In this document: positions 1-8,405 of the stretch, piece after piece | How positions within the stretch are numbered: position 1 is the first letter of the stretch | Layout: each line of letters begins with the position of its first letter | IMG/VR virus record: IMGVR_UViG_3300036904_000092 | Coordinates: 1-37,075 of that record | DNA: 37,075 nucleotides | Source of the DNA: a virus | Lineage: Duplodnaviria; Caudoviricetes | Direction: 5' to 3' (one strand) | The notes under the pieces: model-generated | Database searches by the model: none | Seen by the model: the letters and a program-made list of their open reading frames with translations, nothing else | What the model was told of the DNA's origin: nothing | Translations under genes and position numbers: made by a program

Positions 1-44
1 ATAGGCTCCCATGCTGGTTTAAGCGCTGTGCCATATCCTTCAAA
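1..44. repeat. Terminal overlap (copy 1), circular contig
   Basis: Bases 1-44 are identical to 37032-37075, and the methyltransferase ORF reads in frame across the join. Confidence 0.97.
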
Positions 45-386
45 GCCAAAGTTGTTGTGACTTTTCGGGAAACCTGATCCATATAACCACATCATGCAAT
101 CCCTAATCTCCCATCCCGCATCCTCAATGGCACACATAAGCCTATGATGCTTTCTAGTGCCTCCGAAAGCAGCTAACATGGATCCAGGTTTACATATCCT
201 CAAAGCCTCGGACCAAAACTCATTCCCGGGGATGCCATAATCCCAATGTTTTCCCATGAATCTCAAGCCGTAGGGTGGATCTGTCACGATGAAATCAATG
301 GAATTGACATCCATCTTTGCCATTTCTATGAGGCAATCGCCGTGAATTATCATTTCATATTCATCCAGTTCATTCGTCTCTTTCAT
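1..386 (-). CDS. DNA N6A/N4C methyltransferase (beta class), N-terminal part; continues across the origin
   Basis: Manual translation gives MKETNELDEYEMIIHGDCLIEMAKMDVNSIDFIVTDPPYG...LKPAWEP, with the DPPY catalytic motif. It is in frame with the 36392-37027 ORF. An alternative start lies at 353. Confidence 0.92.
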   Translation of the reverse strand, partial: MKETNELDEYEMIIHGDCLIEMAKMDVNSIDFIVTDPPYGLRFMGKHWDYGIPGNEFWSEALRICKPGSMLAAFGGTRKHHRLMCAIEDAGWEIRDCMMWLYGSGFPKSHNNFGFEGYGTALKPAWEP

Positions 387-520
387 ATCTATTTGGGGCT
401 TCCGGTTACTCTAATCCACTTCATATCAGTTCCTCATGTACCAAGCGCCGGCGTTGACCAAATAGAACAAAATGCAACCATAAAGGATTATCTGCGCTGT
501 TGTGTCGAGTATCTCTTTCA

Positions 521-1879
521 TTATCTTCCTAAAAAAGGTTGCTGAGGACCATTGAACCCTCTTTGTTTGGGTCCGTATCCCGCATTGTTTTTCATTTGCA
601 TAAGCTTTTCAGGCGTCATACTTCCAGGCCCTCGTCCATATTCGACTCTTGCAGTTGCCATATATCTTGCAGCGTCAGCCATGTGAGAAGTCCAGTCATG
701 TGTTGGAGTCTCTGAGTATGCTTGAGTCTTCTCGTTGTATTTCTTGTGGTAGTTTTCCAAACACTTGATTAAATGTCTACACTTGTTCTCATCAATGAAA
801 CATATGTTGAGTAAACTTCGCGTAAACTCTATTCCTGCCGAAATGTCATGAGGTCTTGGAAGAAGTGTAGTCTTTAACCCTAATTCCTCTGCTATTCCTT
901 GGGTGGTTTTACCCGTCTGAATAGATCCTGAGCCCGCATCGTGAGGAAAATAATGAGCACCATAAGCATAAGGCTTACCCTGAATATGTTTGACATAATG
1001 GCTTATCCCCTCTCCGAAGTTCTCGTATGCATCAATGATTCTGACTTCTCCGCCGACGTCTTGCCAAAAAACGATGCTCGTGCTGTCTCCAAACCCGTGA
1101 TCCCAAGCAGTATTAACAAGAGAACGAGGCTCCCAAGCAACATTACATATCCTGCCATCATCTCTTGCTTTTTCGATAAGTTTGCCATAGTAAGAACCCT
1201 CCACGCCCCGGCTAAATGAACAATAGAATTCCTGTTGAATGAGCTCGTCGCTCATCCCTTCTTTCTTTGCTTGCTCCATGTCTTCTTCGTTTAAGACATT
1301 CGTATCTTTAATTGTGAGAACCTCAGAGAACCATTTGTCCTTGTTCGCTCTCGCCATGCTCAGAAGGTCGTAGAAATGGTTCTTCCCACGCGGTGTACTG
1401 ATGAAGATGGCGTATCCTTTGTTTACGTCTAGGATAGGCCGAAGATAGTCCCAAGCGGCTGGTGATTGTATCGCATATTCCGAGAAGACAATGATCTTTG
1501 GGTTCGTACCCACGAGGCTGTCGATATTGTCTGAGCCGATTAGTTGCAATGTAGAGCCATTGACCAGGTTTATCTTTAACTCCTGCTTGTTTTTGGAAAG
1601 TACTATCTCGTCTGGTATGTAGTCGAAAAACCTGAACCCTTCGATTGTTATTGAGTCCCAGATGACTTTCTTCGCTTGTGAATAGGTAGGAAGTATGTAG
1701 AAACATGTACAGACCTCAGTGAGGAGTTTCTTGATAACCCAATTAAATATAGTAAGATCCTTTCCGCTTCTACGATGCCAGCAGAGAACCCCCCTCTTAA
1801 ACCCTGAGTCTAACGCTTGAAGTACGTGAAGTTGATAAGGACGGGGATCGAATCTATAAGGAATGTCTATTGTGAGCAT
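521..1879 (-). CDS. terL: Terminase large subunit
   Basis: RPYQ motif, Walker A-like HRRSGKD, Walker B IVFSE, coupling motif ISTPRG, and nuclease AWDHG...SHMADAARY. Confidence 0.95.
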   Translation of the reverse strand: MLTIDIPYRFDPRPYQLHVLQALDSGFKRGVLCWHRRSGKDLTIFNWVIKKLLTEVCTCFYILPTYSQAKKVIWDSITIEGFRFFDYIPDEIVLSKNKQELKINLVNGSTLQLIGSDNIDSLVGTNPKIIVFSEYAIQSPAAWDYLRPILDVNKGYAIFISTPRGKNHFYDLLSMARANKDKWFSEVLTIKDTNVLNEEDMEQAKKEGMSDELIQQEFYCSFSRGVEGSYYGKLIEKARDDGRICNVAWEPRSLVNTAWDHGFGDSTSIVFWQDVGGEVRIIDAYENFGEGISHYVKHIQGKPYAYGAHYFPHDAGSGSIQTGKTTQGIAEELGLKTTLLPRPHDISAGIEFTRSLLNICFIDENKCRHLIKCLENYHKKYNEKTQAYSETPTHDWTSHMADAARYMATARVEYGRGPGSMTPEKLMQMKNNAGYGPKQRGFNGPQQPFLGR

Positions 1880-2310
1880 GCTTCTTTGCGCGCATAATCT
1901 ACTAGGTTGATCTGGATTGGTGTGGTTTTTTGGTCTTTATCTGCTTTCAATTCGGCTTCAAACGCCTTTTCTTCTCTAATATCTTCACGAATGTCGTAGT
2001 CATAATTCCAAATCGTTCCTCGGTAAATAGAAGGATCTAAATTAAATTCTCCTTTTGTTGCACCATGAGAACTTTTAAGCCGATTAATACCAATTTGTTC
2101 TTTAGCTTGAATGTACGATGCAGAAAACCCGGGGTTTTGTTTTGTCCATTCTCTAAAAATTGCTGAGTTTAATCCAATAGATGTAGCAAACTGTGGAACA
2201 GTTAGTGCATTTGGGTTGTTAGTGGCCCATACAACAAAGTCCTTTCCTATTTGTTCAATTTGGTCGGGATCTTTTAATGTTGGTCTGCCCCCAAGATTAA
2301 CCATCAGCAT
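1867..2310 (-). CDS. terS: Terminase small subunit
   Basis: Lies directly upstream of and overlaps terL, has an N-terminal GGRPT and a helical HTH-like segment, 147 aa. Confidence 0.75.
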   Translation of the reverse strand: MLMVNLGGRPTLKDPDQIEQIGKDFVVWATNNPNALTVPQFATSIGLNSAIFREWTKQNPGFSASYIQAKEQIGINRLKSSHGATKGEFNLDPSIYRGTIWNYDYDIREDIREEKAFEAELKADKDQKTTPIQINLVDYARKEACSQ

Positions 2311-2438
2311 TTCCCTTTCATTTTCATTTTGGCTTTGTCGATAATTTTGTCATGCTTCTTATCAGCTTTTAGCAATAAAGCCTCTTCTTTGACCACTTTC
2401 TTCGTATCTTTCTGAAGTTTTTTAATTTTTTTGTCCAT
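2304..2438 (-). CDS. Small Lys-rich protein (44 aa, [14 protein letters not shown]...)
   Basis: Manual translation; TAATG coupling with the upstream ORF. Confidence 0.65.
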   Translation of the reverse strand: MDKKIKKLQKDTKKVVKEEALLLKADKKHDKIIDKAKMKMKGKC

Positions 2439-2569
2439 TATTTCTTCCTTGCTTTTCCGGCTTTATTCATCGCCGCGGCAATTGCTTGTTTTTGTGGATG
2501 CCCGCTTTTTACCATTTCAGATATGTTTTCACTAATGACAGATTTGCTTTTCCCTTTCTTAAGAGGCAT
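2438..2569 (-). CDS. Small basic phage protein (43 aa, [33 protein letters not shown]...)
   Basis: Manual translation; resembles small basic proteins often found near terminase genes; coupled to the next ORF. Confidence 0.75.
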   Translation of the reverse strand: MPLKKGKSKSVISENISEMVKSGHPQKQAIAAAMNKAGKARKK

Positions 2570-2575
2570 ATTTCT

Positions 2576-2833
2576 TTATACTCCGCTTACTGGCACTGAA
2601 ACATCTGGATCAATATTAGGATCATTTGTGAGATCCTCATCACCTAAATCCTGAGCATGTCCCACACTAGAAATATTTGTAAAGGTCATTGTGCAAGAAG
2701 AGAGACTCCAAACAATAATAATAGTCAAAAATATCATAACAACCATTCCAATATTAACAAAAAGTGTTTCGTGAGAAAGGTCGTTTTCAATTTTATCATA
2801 ATCTAGCTCAGAGATTTCCTCATCAATCTTCAC
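2576..2833 (-). CDS. Small membrane protein or lipoprotein
   Basis: Hydrophobic helix followed by a lipobox-like LSSC. Confidence 0.55.
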   Translation of the reverse strand: MKIDEEISELDYDKIENDLSHETLFVNIGMVVMIFLTIIIVWSLSSCTMTFTNISSVGHAQDLGDEDLTNDPNIDPDVSVPVSGV

Positions 2834-3033
2834 TTTGCTGCCTTAGGGGTATGAGGTTCTGAATCATGTTTTGGATGGGTTTCTGAGACTTTAATGGCTC
2901 CATCTTTTGCTTTGACTTGGAAGGATCTTTCTTCAGAAGCTTCTTTTTCTGTGCAAGCGGCAAGGGAGACAAGAAAGGACACTAGGAAGAGGCCTCGTAA
3001 GAATAGCATTTTAGCTCCTATATTTGATCGCAT
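2830..3033 (-). CDS. Putative lipoprotein
   Basis: Signal-peptide-like FLVSFLVSLAAC with an LAAC lipobox. Confidence 0.6.
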   Translation of the reverse strand: MRSNIGAKMLFLRGLFLVSFLVSLAACTEKEASEERSFQVKAKDGAIKVSETHPKHDSEPHTPKAAK

Positions 3034-3764
3034 AATGGTTGATGATAAATTTCGTTAAATTTTGGATATTTCTTTTTGATTGTCGAAAGGAAGCTGGCAT
3101 ATCTTTCAGCAAGTTCACTTATGAGCAAGGCGGCCTTTGTGAGTTGTTTTCTATAATGGTTTGGATCTTCTTGCAGCTTGTCGAGATCAGGGTCTTGATC
3201 AACAAGATTAGCGAATAAAGACAACTCATGAGTGATCTCCATTAGATCTCTAAACTCGCATGGGGAAAGCGTTTGCAATATAGCGTCAGCGGTCTCATGG
3301 ATATCGAGAGGTTTTTTGGGCATGACAGTAATCTCCGTCCTAGGATTTAAGCTATATCTTTTTTTCGCGGTGATGTCAACAATTTGTTTGTCATCGGCAA
3401 AAATAATTCCATTTCCGGCATCTTCGTACATCTTGATGAGATTGGATAGGTCGGGCTTGGTATTATGCTCCTTTTCGGCCAAACCCCATAGGAGGCGATT
3501 TAAGCGCTTATTTGAGGTTGAGGCTGGTATCGGCATGTAAAACGTCATTTCGACGGCCAGCGAGGCTGCAAATGCGTTTCTTGAGGGTTCCATGGAAACA
3601 GTCTTGTCTTTGGAATTGAAAGCTTCTCTCAATTGTGTCGTCATCGTCCAGGAAATGGTTTTCTTTTGTTTCTCCTGGGGATCGTATTCCATTGAGATGT
3701 TACCGCGCCGAACTGTCCGGTGGCGTGCTTTGGCTATTGGGACCCCTGGGATGGTGAATTTCAT
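3018..3764 (-). CDS. rusA: RusA-family Holliday junction resolvase with C-terminal extension
   Basis: IPGVPIAKAR N-terminus and KPDLSNLIKMYEDAGNGIIFADDKQIV, which matches the RusA KPDxDN...DD motif. Confidence 0.88.
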   Translation of the reverse strand: MKFTIPGVPIAKARHRTVRRGNISMEYDPQEKQKKTISWTMTTQLREAFNSKDKTVSMEPSRNAFAASLAVEMTFYMPIPASTSNKRLNRLLWGLAEKEHNTKPDLSNLIKMYEDAGNGIIFADDKQIVDITAKKRYSLNPRTEITVMPKKPLDIHETADAILQTLSPCEFRDLMEITHELSLFANLVDQDPDLDKLQEDPNHYRKQLTKAALLISELAERYASFLSTIKKKYPKFNEIYHQPLCDQI

Positions 3765-3787
3765 TCTTCGACATTTCCTTGGTTTTT

Positions 3788-4708
3788 TTATTTTTGGTTT
3801 AGCGATTCCGCATAATTGTTCTTACAAGCTGCTTTGATCCATCTTGCAGGATTTAAAACGGGATCGATCTTTTTGCCTTTTTCATGTTCGAGTTGTGTTT
3901 CGCACATGAGATCTAGTTGCTCTTGAAAATACACTATGCCATAAATGTGGATTAGATTCTCGAAAACCTTTAGTGGAATTACCCAGTCGTGACCTCTTTC
4001 GTATTCGTCGTAATGTCGTCCTTGCTTAATCTTCCTAGTTTTGAATGCTTCTTTTTGACTCCATTCCTGGAGTTGTTTAGCTGAAAGCTTGTCTTGTTCT
4101 GAGATATTCGATTTATGAACAGCTGCTACTGCCAAAGAAGGAGTAGAGGTAGTTGTCTTCTTTAAAGGGTTATTCTTAAGATGTTCTTCTTTATAGGCAC
4201 CGTATGCCCTACCCTCAGGCACCGTATGCCCTACCCCTTGGGCACCATATGCCTGAGGTGAGGCAGGTTGTGCCTGAGGTGGGGCACCGTATGCCCTACC
4301 CCCTTTTTCATCTTTGAAAAAGTTCATGTTTTCTGGCCAAATATCATTGATAAGAATCATATTTGTATCTTTATCTCCACACTCGGTAACTCTAGTGGTT
4401 TTATTTATTAAAGGTTTTTTTAAGATCGGATCTATTTCACACAACTGGTTTATCATTTCCTTAAAATTTCGGTAACTCATACCCGACATAGCGGCTAATT
4501 TTGTGTAGGATTTAGTGCATTGTCCATGATCGCCAGCAATTCTTTTTAAAACGCAGTATGTCGCAATTTTATACGCAGACCAACCTAACTCATAGATAAT
4601 ATGAGGGATTTGAGAAAAGTAATTGTGTAAAGAATTGTCTTGAACACGAAATCGTTCATTGTTGTGGTTGACGAAATGATCGTCATTTGGTATGGTAGAA
4701 TTAATCAT
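3788..4708 (-). CDS. Replication initiator, lambda O/DnaD-like architecture
   Basis: N-terminal wHTH-like region (YCVLKRIAG...SYTKLAAMSGMS) and a central low-complexity linker encoded by DNA repeats. Confidence 0.75.
   Translation of the reverse strand: MINSTIPNDDHFVNHNNERFRVQDNSLHNYFSQIPHIIYELGWSAYKIATYCVLKRIAGDHGQCTKSYTKLAAMSGMSYRNFKEMINQLCEIDPILKKPLINKTTRVTECGDKDTNMILINDIWPENMNFFKDEKGGRAYGAPPQAQPASPQAYGAQGVGHTVPEGRAYGAYKEEHLKNNPLKKTTTSTPSLAVAAVHKSNISEQDKLSAKQLQEWSQKEAFKTRKIKQGRHYDEYERGHDWVIPLKVFENLIHIYGIVYFQEQLDLMCETQLEHEKGKKIDPVLNPARWIKAACKNNYAESLNQK
4196..4301. repeat. Iteron array, putative replication origin
   Basis: GGCACCGTATGCCCTACCC occurs at 4196, 4218 and 4283, with variants at 4241 and 4262. 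The core is GGCA-N5-TGCC, spaced 21-23 bp, inside the initiator gene. Confidence 0.8.
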
Positions 4709-4876
4709 ACGAACTCCTGATAAAGTTTGTTTGGGATAATCATTTTTGATCTCCTAAAGGGTTAAAAAGGATTTTAGTGTCTTTCATATCTATTTCCTTT
4801 TTTAGGTATGTTAGGTGCGGTTTTCAATGTAAGAACTGAAGCCTCACATAAGTAAGTTTTTCGTGGTCAATTCTGT

Positions 4877-4909
4877 TACCGGCGACTTTCGAGTCGTCGG
4901 TTTTTCTTT
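4877..4909 (+). terminator. Intrinsic terminator-like hairpin
   Basis: ACCGGCGAC-TTTCGA-GTCGTCGGT followed by TTTTCTTT. Confidence 0.6.
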
Positions 4910-5143
4910 ACAAATAATGTCGATATCCGCCAAGATTACCGATAAGTTTCAAAAAAGACCGTTTAAGACACACTTAAATGGTCTTTTTCATTGGTTTGCT
5001 AGAATCAATGGAAACGTTGTTGTATTCCTGCGGGCTATGTCAAAGTGGCATAGTCCGATTTTAACGCTACTCCCCTCATGATTTATCTTCCACTAAATAA
5101 CACTTGCGCTTTATTCTCCCCTCGAACGATGTGACTTTAGGAC

Positions 5144-5176
5144 AGGGGATGGTATGTATGTCATCCCCTCCTTTTT
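5144..5176 (+). terminator. Hairpin at the 3' end of the HTH gene
   Basis: AGGGGATG...CATCCCCT followed by CCTTTTT. Confidence 0.5.
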
Positions 5177-5496
5177 CATTTGTTCGTCCTGAATTCTAGC
5201 TGTTCTTCTTTTACCCCTTTAACTTTTTTTCTCCTTTGCACGTGGGGATTTTTCTTGCTTTGGTTGATGTTTAAGGGTTTTTTCACCGGGTTTACCCTTA
5301 GCATCATCAGCTCGACTGCCGTGACTTTTCCGTTTGTAGCCTTCTCGATTCTGAGAGCCGTCGGGAATGAAACATGACGCCTAGCGTGTATTAAACTGCT
5401 CATATAACTAGCGCAAACTCCGCAAATCTCCGCAAATTCTTTTACTTCGATTCCTGTTTCTTTTCTTAGCTTGTAAAAATAATCATATAAATCCAT
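5176..5496 (-). CDS. XRE/Cro-like HTH transcriptional regulator
   Basis: EFAEICGVCASYMSSLIHARRHVSFPTALRIEKATNGKVTAVEL is Cro/YdaS-like; the gene is divergent from the early operon. Confidence 0.85.
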   Translation of the reverse strand: MDLYDYFYKLRKETGIEVKEFAEICGVCASYMSSLIHARRHVSFPTALRIEKATNGKVTAVELMMLRVNPVKKPLNINQSKKNPHVQRRKKVKGVKEEQLEFRTNK

Positions 5497-5514
5497 AGAT
5501 ACTCCTTTTGTGTG

Positions 5515-5610
5515 ATGATATAAGGTAAGCAGGATGTAGGATTTAAGTCAACAGGAAGTTTTTCTTTTTTTATGTGTTGACATAAATAATCTACATGCAT
5601 TAACGTTGAG
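5515..5610. promoter_or_regulatory. Divergent sigma70-type promoter region
   Basis: TTGACA at 5577-5582 on the plus strand and TTGACT at about 5546-5551 on the minus strand; both spacers contain CTACAT. Confidence 0.55.
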
Positions 5611-5629
5611 TTAACAAGGGTGAATAGGT

Positions 5630-5839
5630 ATGAACACAGACCAGAAAAGGAAAATTCTAGTTAAGTGCCGACAAGTCGGAGCTTACGAATATGTGTGCAC
5701 ACCAGCTTGTGAGTTGTCATTTCTAGCATGTCAACTTGTCCGTCAAGACTATCTAGATGGAACGCAAGTAAAGATTCTCGAATTAATGGGATTCGAGATC
5801 ATCATTCTTGAGCAGGAAAACAACTACAACGGAGACTAA
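5630..5839 (+). CDS. Hypothetical early protein
   Basis: First ORF after the promoter; overlaps the next ORF. Confidence 0.65.
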   Translation: MNTDQKRKILVKCRQVGAYEYVCTPACELSFLACQLVRQDYLDGTQVKILELMGFEIIILEQENNYNGD

Positions 5840-6227
5840 TATGGGATATCATCCAGCTGATATATGGGAACAACAAGCAACTGATGAACGCGAGCAATAT
5901 TTACAGGACACTCTTGAAGAAGGACGTTTTCAAGATGCGAGGGAAGACACTCTTTACAAGTTTAGCGAGAACAACTCAAACGTGTCTAAAAAGGGCGTCG
6001 AAGCTTATGCAAAAATGTGGGCCACAGCTTATCTTGGTCCTGATAATGAAATAGGCAAAGAAGCAGACATATTAGCAACTGAGTTGGAACTTGACTTAGA
6101 GGATGCATACCTTATTCTTTGGAAGCGAGATGAATATCTCAACACCCTAAGCAATTACGAAAGAGATAAATTTTTAGACTTTTCAGCATATTTTAACGGA
6201 GATTATAACGGAGATGAAGATGAGTGA
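5808..6227 (+). CDS. Acidic hypothetical protein (true start probably the ATG at 5841)
   Basis: GGAG Shine-Dalgarno before MGYHPAD; GTGA coupling to the HNH gene. Confidence 0.7.
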   Translation: MSRKTTTTETNMGYHPADIWEQQATDEREQYLQDTLEEGRFQDAREDTLYKFSENNSNVSKKGVEAYAKMWATAYLGPDNEIGKEADILATELELDLEDAYLILWKRDEYLNTLSNYERDKFLDFSAYFNGDYNGDEDE

Positions 6228-6757
6228 TAAAAAAACATAGAAAACTAAAGAATGATCTTACAGGAAGAACACTCCATCACTGGAATGTTCTTCGGTATTT
6301 CGGTAACGAAACATATTTATGTAGATGTAAATGCGGAAAAGAAATGCCTGTAACTTCTGGATCATTAGGTAATGGAAGATCTAAATCTTGTGGGTGTTAT
6401 AAAAGCCCTCCTGATTATGAATATAATGAGAAAGTAAAAACTAGACTTTTGAAAAATTGCACTTTTATGCCTAGTGGTTGTTGGGATTGGATCGCGAATA
6501 TCGTCCCAAATGGATATGGACAAACAACCTATAGAAGAAAAACAGGACAAAGAGCTCATCGAATTTCTTGGCTTGTATGGAAAGGTAATATACCCGAAGG
6601 TCTATGGGTTTTGCATAAATGTGATAACCGAAAATGTATAAATCCTGAGCATCTATTCCTCGGGAACCACGAAGAAAACATGAAAGATATGAAACTTAAA
6701 AATCGCGCGTGTAAAGGTGAAAACTCTCACCTCCATGCTTCAAGGAGGAAAAAATGA
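6224..6757 (+). CDS. Free-standing HNH endonuclease (HNH_3-like)
   Basis: CRCKCG...SKSCGC N-terminal module and RAHRISW...VLHKCDNRKCINPEHLFLGNHEENMKD. Confidence 0.9.
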   Translation: MIKKHRKLKNDLTGRTLHHWNVLRYFGNETYLCRCKCGKEMPVTSGSLGNGRSKSCGCYKSPPDYEYNEKVKTRLLKNCTFMPSGCWDWIANIVPNGYGQTTYRRKTGQRAHRISWLVWKGNIPEGLWVLHKCDNRKCINPEHLFLGNHEENMKDMKLKNRACKGENSHLHASRRKK

Positions 6758-7587
6758 GTCTTATCGTACAAACAGAAGAGAAAAACGAAAATCTTCTTTC
6801 AAAAATTGATAATATGCAAAAATGCGTTAAGGCGCTAATGCAAACCAAGCACTACCAAGCATTAGGAGAAGCAGGCCTCTTTGCGATGCTCCAGAAGGCA
6901 GAAAGCCTTGGAATGCCTCAAATGGAAGCAGTTAATGGTGGGCTCTATGTGGTCAATGGAAAAGTTGGAATGTCCACTGAAGCTATGGCCTCAATGATAC
7001 GAGCAAAAGGTCATAGTATCATAAAGGACCCCAAAAGCAATGATAATGTTTGCATACTTCACGGCAAGCGCGCCGACAATGGAGATACTTGGACTTGTCA
7101 GTTTTCCATCGACGATGCGAAACGTGCTGGTTTATTTAAAGGTGTTTTTGAGAAATATCCAAGTATTATGTGCTATAATAGAGCTTGCAGTATGCTCGCA
7201 AGACAGCTTTTTCCTGATATTATCAAAGGCGCCGGGTATACCTTAGAAGAATTGCATGAAATAAAAGACAGCAAAACCTACTCGCAAACAATACCCGTAA
7301 AGTCTGAACCTGTCGAGATAGAGAAAATCTCTTCTGAGCAGGCTATAGAGTTGATTGCAATATTAGATGCCTGTGATGCGGAATATCAAGCTAATGTCCT
7401 TAATTTCATTAGAAAGGCGCCTCATAGTTGTGTCACGCTTTATGATTTACCTGTATCTCTTTACGAAAGACTGAAAACCAGCTCTATCAAAAAGAAGGAA
7501 GAAGCGGAAGAGGAAGCTATAAATAAGTTCATGGCAGCTAATCAGGTTGTAAAGCCGCTTGACATTGAAGCAAAAACAGAGGTCTAG
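6754..7587 (+). CDS. ssDNA-annealing recombinase (RecT/Red-beta-like)
   Basis: LGMPQMEAVNGGLYVVNGK...FSIDDAKRAGL...KYPSIMCYNRA...LFPD; near a YqaJ exonuclease gene. Confidence 0.78.
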   Translation: MSLIVQTEEKNENLLSKIDNMQKCVKALMQTKHYQALGEAGLFAMLQKAESLGMPQMEAVNGGLYVVNGKVGMSTEAMASMIRAKGHSIIKDPKSNDNVCILHGKRADNGDTWTCQFSIDDAKRAGLFKGVFEKYPSIMCYNRACSMLARQLFPDIIKGAGYTLEELHEIKDSKTYSQTIPVKSEPVEIEKISSEQAIELIAILDACDAEYQANVLNFIRKAPHSCVTLYDLPVSLYERLKTSSIKKKEEAEEEAINKFMAANQVVKPLDIEAKTEV

Positions 7588-7593
7588 AATATT

Positions 7594-7643
7594 TGTGTTG
7601 CCTTTATTTCAACAAGTGTTATAATGGAGGCAACACACATTAA
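7594..7643 (+). promoter_or_regulatory. Palindromic promoter cassette, copy 1
   Basis: TTGCCT-16-TATAAT with extended TG, embedded in an inverted repeat of about 20 bp (TGTGTTGCCT...AGGCAACACA). Confidence 0.8.
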
Positions 7644-7657
7644 CCCCAGGAAAAGGC

Positions 7658-7828
7658 ATGGAAACTTTAGACAATCTTATTATGAACACACAGGATGTTT
7701 TAGATATCTTAACTAGCTCTGAACTTTCTGATTCAGAAAAAATTGAAGAACTTGTTTGCGAAGGCTATGATTATGAAGATATCATTCAGTTGGCTCTTCT
7801 TGTTGAGAACGGAAAGAAACAAAAATAA
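7658..7828 (+). CDS. Small acidic protein (56 aa, METLDNLIMNTQDVLDILTSSELSDSEKIEEL...)
   Basis: Manual translation; AGGA/AAGG Shine-Dalgarno; bracketed by the two promoter cassettes. Confidence 0.75.
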   Translation: METLDNLIMNTQDVLDILTSSELSDSEKIEELVCEGYDYEDIIQLALLVENGKKQK

Positions 7829-7831
7829 CAG

Positions 7832-7880
7832 GTGTTGACTTTATTGTGACAGGTGTTATAATGAAGTCAACACACATTAA
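7832..7880 (+). promoter_or_regulatory. Palindromic promoter cassette, copy 2
   Basis: TTGACT-16-TATAAT within a 19-bp hairpin, GTGTTGACTTTATTGTGAC-AGGT-GTTATAATGAAGTCAACAC. Confidence 0.82.
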
Positions 7881-7899
7881 AACTTAAAGGAGAAAAGTA

Positions 7900-8214
7900 A
7901 TGGTTTATTTTGATGTTTTACTTATTATCTTATGGACATTTTCTATAGGGTTGAATTTTATGTATAGAAAGTTTTGTGATGATAAAATTAAAATGATTGA
8001 AAAAAAAATTGATGACCAAATAAACGTTCAAGCAGAAAATGCTCACTATACTGTAGAAAGGCTTCACGTTTTGAATAAATCAAATTCTGAATCTTCTTCT
8101 CTTCTTCTTTCGTTAGTTGAAAAGATAAAAGTACTAGAAATCTCTATGGATGCCTTGAAAAAATCAATGCCTTTGAAGAAAATCGTTCCTGCAAAGAAAG
8201 GTGGTAAGAAATGA
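7900..8214 (+). CDS. Membrane-anchored coiled-coil protein
   Basis: N-terminal hydrophobic helix; AAGGAG Shine-Dalgarno. Confidence 0.75.
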   Translation: MVYFDVLLIILWTFSIGLNFMYRKFCDDKIKMIEKKIDDQINVQAENAHYTVERLHVLNKSNSESSSLLLSLVEKIKVLEISMDALKKSMPLKKIVPAKKGGKK

Positions 8215-8405
8215 GCGATCAAGCCCTTCAAATTTTAGCATTATTTTTAGCTAATGCCGGATTAATAGTATGGTTCCGCGCTGAATCAAGAGCCGATTGG
8301 CGACACATGGACAACAAACTAGATTCTTACATGAGAGAGATGCAAGAAGAGCGCAGAGATTTCCATGATCGCTTATGTACCATTGAAGAGAGGAACAAAA
8401 AATGA
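8211..8405 (+). CDS. Small TM plus coiled-coil protein
   Basis: LQILALFLANAGLIVWF helix followed by a charged helix; ATGA coupling on both sides. Confidence 0.75.
   Translation: MSDQALQILALFLANAGLIVWFRAESRADWRHMDNKLDSYMREMQEERRDFHDRLCTIEERNKK

Noticed and set aside
246-545. 99-aa plus-strand ORF
   Set aside because: It is antisense to the methyltransferase N-terminus and the end of terL.
4196-4301. CRISPR mini-array
   Set aside because: The repeats are nearly adjacent with no unique spacers and lie inside a coding region.
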